NCBI GenBank assembly: GCA_950097015.1
Contig: CATNEN010000035.1
Location: 248,001 to 312,000 of the forward strand
Reading direction: 5' to 3'
DNA from: Macrostomum hystrix
Taxonomy: Eukaryota > Animalia > Platyhelminthes
Length of the DNA: 64,000 nt
Below, piece by piece: positions 1 through 10,650 of this stretch. Within the stretch, counting starts at the first letter, position 1, and the number at the start of each line of letters is the position of its first letter. A model generated the notes under the pieces. That model saw only the letters and a list, made by a program, of their open reading frames with translations. It searched no databases and was not told the origin of the DNA. The translations under genes and the position numbers were made by a program.

Positions 1-3000
1 ATCCTCTAAGAAAAAATGTTCCATGACCCGGCCATCAGTGTTGTCAGCCGTGCGGCTGCTCTCCATCCTGTCATGCAGCATCTGCAGCGAGCTCCTCACG
101 AGACTCACAAGGTTTTCCGGCTTCCACCGCTCTTTTGGTGTCTCTTCTATCATTCGGAACGTGACAGTTTTCACGTGATACGGCTTCACACCTTGCAAAC
201 CGAAACCATCTTTGTGGCAGATCACTTTCTTTACGAGGTACTTGAGCGTGACGAACAGCTGGCCCTGCAGAGTGCTGAGACTTCGCAACATCCGCTTCTC
301 CAGAAAGCTTGTGCTCACTCGGAGCTCCTGGCCTTCTTGATCAGGAGAAGCTGCGTGCACCACGTGACAGGGTGATGAGGTCGAAGTGAGATCGTGGAGG
401 AGTGACTGCATCACGCGCTGAGATATGTTAGAGCTGAGTAGCCGGGGTGGCTCGAGCGGCGCGATGGGAGGGTAGCGGCAGAGGCGGCAGGCGGAGACAT
501 CGTCGATTGCAGGCCTCAGAGCGGCTCCAGGAGAGGGTTTGGCAGGATTGGAAGCTGCAATGGAAAGTTGGGAATACTTGCATAGGTTTGGTTTAAATTT
601 CAGAACAAACAGATGGATACTGCTTAAAACCGTGTTGATATTTTTTAAAAGAGAAAAGAGACTCACCAAAACCAGAGCACCGAAGATGGCCATTGCTCAG
701 CTCATGCTGGTCGCTCGATTCGACGCACTCGCACAGGCCTCTGACATGGTACAGTCGGCCAGGAATCAGACTCATCATGTCGATGTCGGACTCGATGTCG
801 ATTCTTCCGTCGAGGGTTCGTAGGTTGTTGCCCCAGCCTTCCGAGAAGCTGCCAACTACAAAAACTGCATCAGAATTCAGTCTCTGCCTCTGGATCTCCT
901 GCAAGACATCAGCAATTGCAATCTGCAGAGCAGCTCTGGAGTCTACGAACCCTGACTGAGTAAGCGCAGAGTGCAGCTGTTGGCTCAGCTCCGAGTCGCT
1001 GGGGTAGTCTCTAAAATGAAATTCAGTTGCAACAACAAAAAACTGTCAATGAATCAGATTGCGCAATCTCCATCACAAAGTATACAAACTTACACTAACA
1101 CCGATTCAAAATGTGAATCTGCAGACATCGATTCAAAGTAGATGTTTCCATGTGCCATGACAAGGGAGTCGAAAACTTTCTGGTGATTATTCGCGAATGC
1201 AATATTGATTGGCAATTGGCCAGTGCTCGTTTTTAAATTAAAATCTGCCTGTGCCCTGATGAGAGCATCCACGACATTCTGATGGCCATTCTCTGATGCG
1301 ATATAAAGAGGTGACTCGCCGGATTTTGTTTGAAGATCAACATCAGCTTGAGCTTTGATTAGCAATTCCACGACTTTCTGATGACAATACTGTGACGCAA
1401 TGTATAGAGCTGATTCACCAGTGTTTGATTGAAGATTAACGTCGGCCTGAGCTTTGATGAGCAAGTCCACGACACCCTGATGACCATCGTATGACGCGAT
1501 GCAGAGTGGCGAGAAGCCGTTGACCTTCTCTTGAAGATTGACGTCACCTTGTGATTTGATGAGTGAATCCACGACACTCAGGTGACCATTCTGTGATGCG
1601 ATGTAGATAGGCGAGGAACCGTTGATACTCTCTTGCAGATTGACTTGGGCTTGCGCTTTCAGGAGAAGGTTCACGACTCTCTGATGACCATTCTGTGACG
1701 CAATGTGAAGCGGTGAGCAGCCATTGACTTTATTTCGAAGATTGACGTCGGCGTGTGCTTGAAGGAGTGAATCAACAACTTTCTGATGGCCGTTCTGTGA
1801 CGCAATTAGGAGAGGGGACTCTCCAGCATTTCTTTGAAGATTGACATTCGCTTGTGACTTAATTAGCGATTCCACGACTTTCTGATGGCCATTCTGTGAC
1901 GCCATGTATAGAGGTGAAGAGCCGTTATTTTTCTCTTGCAAATTGACATCGGCTTGGGCCTTAATGAGCAAGTCCACGACCTTCTGGTGACCACTTTGAG
2001 ATGCAACAATGAGAGGCGAGGAGCCGGTATTTGTTTGAAGATTAACATCGGCTTGTGCATTGATGAGCACGTTCACGACTTTCTGGTGACCATGATGTGA
2101 CGCAATGTACAACGCTGAGGAACCATTGCTTGCTTGAAGATTGACATCGGCTTGTGCATTGATGAGTGTGCTTACAACTTTCTGATGACCGTTCTGTGCT
2201 GCGATGTAGAGAGGTGACTCGCCAGCGTGTCCTTGAAGATTAATGTCGGCTTGTTCACTGATTAGTAAATCGACAATTTTCCGATGACCATAATGTGACG
2301 CAATGAAAAGAGGTGAGTACCCGTTTCTTTCCCGAAGATTGACATCAGCCTGTGCCTTTATGAGCGAATCAACTACTTTTTGGTGACCATTCTGTGATGC
2401 AATGAAGAGTGGTGAAGAACCTTTAACGTTGTCTTTGTGATTAATATCAACACTTGCCTCAATGAGTAGATCAGCAACTTCATGATGGCCATTCTGAGAC
2501 GCAATTAAAAGAGGCGAAAAACCGTTGACTCCATGAATATTCACTTCAGCCTGTGCTTTGATTAGTAATTTCGCAACACTCTGATGCCCATGGTGTGAGG
2601 CAACGCAGAGAGGCGAGAAGCCGTTCACATTCTCTGGTAGATTTACTTCAGCTTGTGCTTTGATGAGCGAGCTTACAATTTTTTTATGACCGTACTGCGA
2701 CGCAATGTGAAGTGGTGCTTCACCTGTGTTACGTTGAAGGTTAACATCAGCTTGCGACTTGAGGAGTGAGTCAACAACTTTCTGGTGGCCATTTTGTGAG
2801 GCAAGTATAAGTGGAGTGGAGCCCGTGTTGGTTTGAAGATTAACATCGGCTTGTGCTTTGATGAGCGCATGAACGACCTTCTGCTTGCCCTTTTGTGATG
2901 CAATTAGGACAGCCGTCTCGCCAGAGTTTCCTTGAAGATTGACGTCGGCTTTTGCTTTGATGAGCAAGTGCACAATTCTTTTAAAACCATTCTGTGATGC

Positions 3001-3900
3001 AATGTAGAGTGGAGAGGAGCCATTCACTTTCTCTTGAAGATTGACGTCGGCTTGCGCTCTAATAAGTAAATCAACCACTTTGTGATGACCATAGTTTGAC
3101 GCAATTAGGATAGACGAGCAGCCATCCACTTCTTGGACATCGACATCCGCCTGTGCTTTGATGAGTGCTTCAACCACTTTTTCATGACCATTCTCTGATG
3201 CAATGTAGATAGGTGACTCACCAGTGCTTGTTTGAAGATTAACATCGACCTGAGCTTTAGTAAGTGCATTCACGACTTTCCGATGACGATTTAGTGATGC
3301 AATATAGAGAGGTGACTCCCCAGAGCTTGTTTGAAGATTAATATTGGCCTGAGCTTTAGTAAGTACATTCACGACTTTCTGAAATCCATTCTCTGATGCA
3401 GTGTAGAGAGGCGACTCGCCAGTGCTTGTTTGAATATTGACATCGGCCTGCGCTTTGATGAGGGCATTCACAACTTTCTGATGACCATTTTGCGATGCAA
3501 CGTAGAGAGGTGAGCAACCGTCAATTTCTTGAAGATTGACGTCGGCTTGGGCTTTGAGTAGTGAGTCAACGACTTTCAAATGACCATTTTGCGATGCAAT
3601 GTAGAGAGGTGAGGAGCCATCCATGTCTTGAAGATCGACGTCGGCTTTGGCTTGTATGAATGCTTCCACAATTCTAGTTTTTCCGATAGCGCATGCAAGA
3701 TGCAAGGGAGAAAATCTGTGCCCTTCAATGAAAATCAGTCTATTTCGGTTTGATGATGTCTGCAGATACTGGTGAATGATGTTCATGCTCTCGGTTTTTA
3801 CGGCTTCATGAATCTCGCGGTCAGTGACATGAGATCCGTTGGTAAATGTCTGCATTAGTGCTACAATAATCATTTGCAGCGCTCTCCATAGAGTCTCCAT
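1..3900 (-). CDS. Ankyrin-repeat / Mab-21 (cGAS-like receptor, cGLR) fusion protein; 3 exons (3900-1094, 1010-667, 554-<1), 3' end beyond window
   Basis: Exon 1 holds about 26 ANK repeats (SPLxIASxxGHxKVVxxLxxAQADVNLQ). The donor GT|GTAAGT at 1094/1093 (phase 2) joins the acceptor TTTTAG|A at 1011/1010 in frame, giving ...ESVLVDYPSDSELSQQL. The donor TTTG|GTGAGT at 667/666 (phase 1) joins TTGCAG|CT at 555/554. The spliced frame is open to base 1 (1,235 aa in window). It carries VVGSFSEG, ESDIDMM, IDDVSAC..YP, LRVSTSFLEKRML, FVTLKYLVK, PYHVKTVTF and MEHFFL, the ordered motifs of the Mab-21/cGAS fold. Confidence 0.9.
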
Positions 3901-6224
3901 GGTAAGAAACTAAAGACTTATACTTGTGTGCGACTTCAACAAATCGATGCTGAAAAGACAGTCTGTTGAAATTGCTTACAGTAAAGAGCTTGAAACGTAA
4001 AACGTCAAATATATTTGGCTGCACACGAAAAAAGACTGCTTGTGCAATTATACCTTTATGAACAATGTTTATGCGATTGTGAATGTACACTGCTGCATTG
4101 TTCATTGTACTGTACACTTGAGCGCTTTATGCTCTTGGAATGTAGGCTGAATGGTTGCGTCTTCTCTCTCCTTATTTATCGTTTGCCTAGGTAGATACGA
4201 TAGTGTTGGGTGAATGAAGTGCACTGAAATTCATTGCACTGCACATTAGCTGCAATTCTATTTCATAGCCATTGTTTTCTAACGCTATTCTGCAGCTGGA
4301 AGTTCCAGTCGTGCAGTCGTGAACTTCAGAAGCTCCCAAGCTACACAAAAGTCCAAACTGGAATTCATTAGCATTTAAGTGTATTATTTGAATTGCGTCA
4401 TTTGTCAAACTAAACTTAAAGATTCGAGCATTGATTCGCATTTTGCATTTTCGCCGAGAAATGTCTCCACGTATACCTGTTCCTCAATGCTGCTAATTAC
4501 GGATGAAATTCCTGCTACAGAATCCACCAAAAAGTCGCAGTGAATTGCTTTCCGTTGTTTTAATCAATGCTGTTAAAGCTATTTTTGTCCATGCAGGCAC
4601 AGTTGAGTAGTGATTCGGACCAGTACATAAGTAGCGCTGGTTGCTTCGAATGGCTCTGATAGTGAGGAGGTTCGATTAGTTTTCATTGCGGCTCGTCTTA
4701 GCAGTGAATCGGGACTCGTGCTGCTCTTATTGGGTTAGGTTCGTGAGCAGTAAACTGCTCAAGTAAACTGTTCAAGCAAGATACACAAGTAAGATAAGTG
4801 TGTGTCTTTGTTGCTTGTCACTCTAACTTACTGTCCGCTTCTGAGCAGTCTAGAAAACTACGTTTTCACAATCTTGCTGCACAGCCAGAAACATTTCTTC
4901 GTCGTTTTTCATCTGTCAGCAACACTGTTCTCCAATCTATTTGAGCCTGATCCATTTGCAGTCAGATACATATCTTTGAACGATTAATTGTACCATAGTC
5001 CCGTTGTGTATCTTTAGCTTTTCTTTCCCCTAAAAGTTTACCTTTCAGTCTTAAGAAAAGTATTGTATTTGATTAAATGACGAACTAAAATTGACACGCA
5101 CAACTAAGGAGCTCTTCTCGGTGAGTTTTTTCGAGAAGACCGAAAGTTCACCTCAAACAGACTTCGCTGTACTGCTTCTCATACCAGGCATTTAGAGACA
5201 CTGTGCGAGTATTTAGAGACACAAATCGAGTTTCAAAATAAAATTTATTAAAGCGAGACTCAGCGCGCACGGAAGCCATAAGTAAGTGCTCATTGGTCTG
5301 CATTGGTTGCGTTGGATGGCTCTAAGAGTGGGGTAGTGCTAATTGTCTCCGTTTCTTCAACCTGGGGGTCCCGTTGCTATGTGTCTGTCAGGCCATTAGA
5401 TAAGCAGTCTTGAAGAGTTTTGAAAGAGATGGCCTTTTCAGATTATAAGTGTCGAACACTAGCTCTGATGTTTCGCACCATACTACTTAAATTTTCTGCT
5501 TAAGTAGTGCTTTTGGGGAACCCAGAATGTGTAAGAAATTTATTTTTGCGAGCCGTTAAGGATCCGAACAAACCATTGATTGCAACCACTGCTCTACATG
5601 CACCGCTCCACCTTCATGCGAATTGTGCTAACCTGCAAAGGCCCCAACAAAGCAGCCGACATAACCTGCTCGTTCTGCCTAATAGTGCATGTGTTTGAGT
5701 GAGTGCTCAAGACGTTATTATGAGCAGAATCGGTCTCTCTAACTGCGGGTCTAGTGTCACCGAATTATTTACTAGTGCCCAAACAGCTCTCATGCAGCCA
5801 GATAATTCATCGCCTCGGTCCTGAGAAACCGATCGGACACGATTGGACTAGGTCGACTTCTCAGAAATCCAGGAGTACAAGAGTCGTACTTGCTCATCAG
5901 GCATTTAGGTCTCTTGGCTTCTGAAAAGACTCTTACAGCACAACAGAAGCAGCGGCTCGCGCACCTGTAGTCCCAGTGACGACGGCTTTCACGCACACGA
6001 ACTTCCAAAGCAGATTCTGAACAACTTAAAGAGATCGTAGAGACAATTCTGGTTCTCTTGAAGGCAGACAATAAAAATTTCCTGAGCACTTCTAAACACA
6101 ATAAATAGACAACCTTTTATTTTCGCTACATAAAAGGCCGCCCTTTACAAACACCAACAAAATTAGCACACGGAACACGACAACAAAAGAGTGGAATAAT
6201 GAGAACAATGAGTTTTATGAGTAG

Positions 6225-8319
6225 CTACTTCTCGGCGTCCCAGCGCCACCAGTCAGCTCCCAGGGGAGGAAATTTGTGATCAGCCGAACGGACGAAATCT
6301 GTCACAGCAGCTAGGAGAAGGCCTGGACTATTGTAGAACATGCAGTTGACTGCGCAGTCTGCGGCACCGACTTTAGCGGCCGAGAAAGCGTCCGCGTCAG
6401 ACGGATTGCACGGACAGAGCGGTGGCACGGTCAGACCCAGGTGGCGACAGCGAGCCTGCAGCCATCGCCACTTCGGAACGGCTGATTCGTCATCTTTGTC
6501 TAACTCAACAGCTGCTCCGGCTGGTGTCTCGGCGACCGCAGCGACTTCTGTGACGTCGAGCGACGAACCAGAAGATGTCGAATTGGAAGAAATTGAAGAC
6601 AGCTTTCGATGACGACCATTCGATCCATTGCTGTGTGCCTGTGGTTTACGCATGAATAGTAATATTGTAATTGTCATTCTGTTGCATCATAGGGAAGTTC
6701 AGAAAAGGCTCAAAAAGTTCAAAAACAGTTGCGAAAGTCATCCCGCAGTCAGCGAGGAGGCGACTCTGCATGCTCATCCCGAGGACCCCGAAGCACACGC
6801 AGGCACACAGGCATCAGAGTACACTGTCCTTGGAGCTGGCCCTCATTGGTGTGAGGTCAAGGTCTTCTCTCTGCTCCTTAATTTAATTTAGCCATTTAAA
6901 CTAAGGCACGAATTCGAGCTTGGGGATTCGGTACTTAGAAGGGCTTTCTATAATTTTCTATAGTTTTCTATAAGCTACCTCATACCTTTCCCACCTCAAA
7001 CACCAAATAGGCATTTATACGCAAGAAAAAATCCTCACCTGCAAGCTCTGTAGAAAGGCTAAATGATTTTTCAATTCTGGACCATTAGTGGGCTGGGTTT
7101 CTTGTAGATTATCGGTCTGTCTTCCTGTACCATTCAAATTTGCTAGTCGATCAACTGGTGCCCGATCCGTGGTAGCCAGAGTGAGCACAGTATGAGTCAA
7201 TTCAGTCACGGTGGCTATGGTCTCATCGTACTCTTTATCGCCATTGTCAGATGCAGTTCTAGCAGTAGTAATGACAGCACTTGTGGCTGTCGTTCTTGTT
7301 GACTCTGGCGGCGGGTTCTGGCTCTGCTGCTGCTGCCTCTGCTCAAGGGCCATCGCTTCGCCTTCCTGTTTGACTCGGCGCGCTCTGGCTGCCGACTCGC
7401 GTCGCAGGCGCCATCGGCGGGCCGCCTCACGCTCGGACAGCGCCGACAATGAGCGCTGCGCCGCGCGCTGCCTACGCGCCGCAGCAGCTTCTGCGGCAGC
7501 TCCGCGCACCTCAGAGCTGGCAGCGGCAACAACAGCAGCCGAAGATGAATAGATTGATGAGGCCCGATCAGATTTGCGCCTGCCGGAGCTGCAGGAAGGT
7601 GTCGAAACCGCCAAGTCTTCGTCGCCCTGTTCAAAGCCGTTGAAGAGGCGCAACGGTGGAGGAGGTGGAGTCGGAGACTGCGACGGCGGCTTCAGGGTGA
7701 TTGGAGATTCTTCGAGACGTCGACCAACCAAGGCACGCCTAGCGGCCAGAGACTCTCGATGGCAGCTCAGTCGGAGTGTCTCCCAGTCTTGGGGCTGCTG
7801 CTGCTGCTGTTGCCTAGGCGAGGCTGGAACCGATTGCTTCGCTCGCCTGTCTGACGCCAACTGGCTGGAGATCGACGTGCCGGCGGCGGCGGCCTGCAGG
7901 CGAGCAAGTCGACGATAGGCTCGAACTCGCGCCGCCTCGCGGGCCTTTTTAGGTCAGGTTTGCGAATGTGATTATCACCGCTGCAAGCTCGTACAGTTGC
8001 TAGTCTGTAACTAGCACATGGACAGTTATACTAGCTTAGTTTCTATCTCCCAGCTTCCTAGAATCTCTACCTGAAATTCCTGCAGCTGACGAGCCTTGGC
8101 ATCCGCGAGCTGGCGCATCCGGGCGGTCTCCATTTCCGCCGCTTCGCACGCGTCGACAGGCGCCGGCTGTTCGAATTCATCTCCTGGCAGTGTTACCATG
8201 GAAACCACAGAGACAATGCTGGCGTTCTCTTCGCTAAAGCCATCAGAAGGGTCTGACGGGCTGCCCCAGGAGCCAGGCCAGTTAAGCGCCGAGTCGTCAA
8301 ACTTAAATTCGGCTAACAT
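6225..8319 (-). CDS. CCDC15: CCDC15-like coiled-coil protein; exons 8319-8071, 7944-7039, 6638-6225 (5' end uncertain)
   Basis: Phase-0 junctions are consistent: CAG|GTAGAG to AAAAAG|GCC, and CAG|GTGAGG to CCACAG|GCA. The C-terminal motif LGLTVPPLCPC...DCAVNCMFYNSP matches, from memory, the CCDC15 C-terminal LPPLCxC...CANNCIFY motif. The Arg/Glu-rich helical segments also fit. The gene is well supported; the name is less certain. Confidence 0.55.
6745..6850 (-). mobile_element. Degenerate internal fragment of SINE family A
   Basis: The reverse complement matches the family A body (AGGGCCAgCTCCAAGG-ACAGTGTAC...GTGTGCCTGCGT...CCTCCTCGCTGaCTGCG). Confidence 0.55.
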
Positions 8320-10650
8320 CAGCCTTAATAGTTATCTATAAGTTTAGCACCACGTGAATCGGAGTCCTTGTGTTATGTGGCAAATAATTTTTTTTGTAAA
8401 GAAATCTTTTCTTTCTGTAACTATTAAGCTTCCTTATCTTTTTTCTTTAGTTCTCCTAAAAGGAAAATATATTACATTAACTTTTAATCCCACAGAACTA
8501 AGAATCGCTAAATAAAGTTCTTTTCTCTAAAATTAAAGAAGCTAATGATACAGAAGGCCTGAGCAAAATTTGCATAAATTTAAATTTGTTTAAATTGATG
8601 CAAACTAAAAAATGACATTTATGTAAGTTTAGCTATTTCCCAAATCTATAGACATACAAAGTGATTGGTGAAAAAGTATAAAAAATGGTACACTTTCAGA
8701 AAAAAAAGTAGGCTCTTTTACTGTATGTAAAAGCCAGGTTTGAGCACAATGAAAAATTATTGTAAATGTAAACACAAGTGTAGGTAATTTAATCTACTTA
8801 ATCTCTTTGCATTAGTATTGATTATAAATGAACTTCATGTGGTACACAATAGTAGTAAATAGTAAGTTTATATGCCACAAGGCTCATTTATAGCTCCATG
8901 TTAATTACAGACACATGCTAACTAACCCACTATAGTAAATCTCTAAGATTTGACTGGAGTTTCATCTCAAAACTTTGGTAACAAAGCTAGCCAAAAGAAT
9001 TAATTTAAAATCAAAACCAATTTTGATGGGACTCTCGCCACAAACAACTTGATTGATCTATTATAAAGAAATAAAATGTATAATTTTCTCCTAAATATAC
9101 CATAATAAGCTAATATATTGAAGGAGCACTACAGTAATACGATCTTAAAGCTTAAAGAAATGATAGATCAAGTTTTTGTAGCTGCACAAAATAAAAAAGC
9201 AAAAAATAATAAAACATTGGATCTAATCAATTCTAGTAATAGTAAGGCAAAGTTTAAAGCTATCTGAAACCTAGTGAAAATCTAACCTGGTACAGTTAAC
9301 AGTTTGAGACTAGTGAATGTAATCATGGGTTAAAAGCAAGCAAAAAATGTAATCCATTCCTGCAAATTAAATGCAACGGCTTTTTGTATATAAATGACAC
9401 AAAACCGCGTAGTAGCAATGCAATACTTTATAGTTAAAGCTATTTAACTTAGAAAATTGAATATAAAGGTAATTAGTTTTGACTTTATTTCTTTAGATTA
9501 AAACATTTTGTTAAAATTCTGAATAAGAATTTATGAATCCGTAAGTTTTTAGTCTGACAATCTGACCATGTCAATTAAGCAACGTGATAACAATCTGAAT
9601 CTCTTTCGTGAGAGACTCTTTCCAGTAACTATTCGAATGCAGAATGATCCAATTGTTCTAAAACGATACTCAATCGGCATTTATTTGAAGTTTTTTGTGC
9701 TGTTTTGTTTTTGTCTTGTTTAGTAGTCCTTGCCTGAGTTTTCTACACGAATCGGTATTCACACGAAAACAAGTGATTTTTCGTTAAAAGGTAAGCTAGG
9801 AAACTAGTAAGATAAATAAGTACTCGTAAATAAACAAGTGCGCTGTGCGAAAGAAAGCAGTTGCTTTTGGCGCGACTTTGTAATGACATAGAATGCTTCG
9901 CGCTGTTAATAAACTATATATTTTTGGTTCGATTCACTTATCTAACTGAATTTTATGAATGAGTTTTAACTGAATTCAAGCATCATTAATCTTACTTCAA
10001 TGCCCGGATTTTACTCTAAGACGTTCAGCTGTTGATACACCAGAAATCCGTCTGTGACTGATGGTTGTAGAGCATAAACTGTTTAGCTGAAGGTAGCTGC
10101 AGGTAGTTATAACAGATCGAAACGTTACCGACTGTGAAAGAAACTAGAAATTAAATAACTATAACTAAACCAATTCACAACTGCATTTACCCGACAAGGT
10201 AATTTTGCCGGCACTTAAAATGCACGTTTTTACTGCCGTATATTGTGTGGCTATTAGAATAACGATTCGCATTAGAAAAAATGGAAACGAAAACTAACAA
10301 TGAATGCTGTTGTTGCTGTTAGTAGACAAGAAAACCACACGGTTAAAAAACCGTCCGCACTTCATCATCATGGGAAACAATTAACTGCCTAAGAGAGATG
10401 AGAGATAGGGAAGCGAGAAAGCTAACTAGATTATTAAGGGGAAATAGAAAAGAAGCGGGTCAAACTGGAACTATTAAATTCATAGCTGACTAAAACATTG
10501 TTGTATACTAGTAGAATAGAAAATTGCTAAACCACCGCTTATGACAACAGGGAAATACAAAAACTCATGCAGACCAAAATTGACAACAAAGAACAAATAA
10601 TGTATGCTCGTAAAGTTTGAGTCTGGTAGCACGAGAGCCGGACTGTTTTT

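Noticed and set aside
8400-10500. AT-rich stretch with faint hints of a decayed LINE ORF2
   Set aside because: It has many stops and only vague motif resemblance, so it is not supportable without a search.
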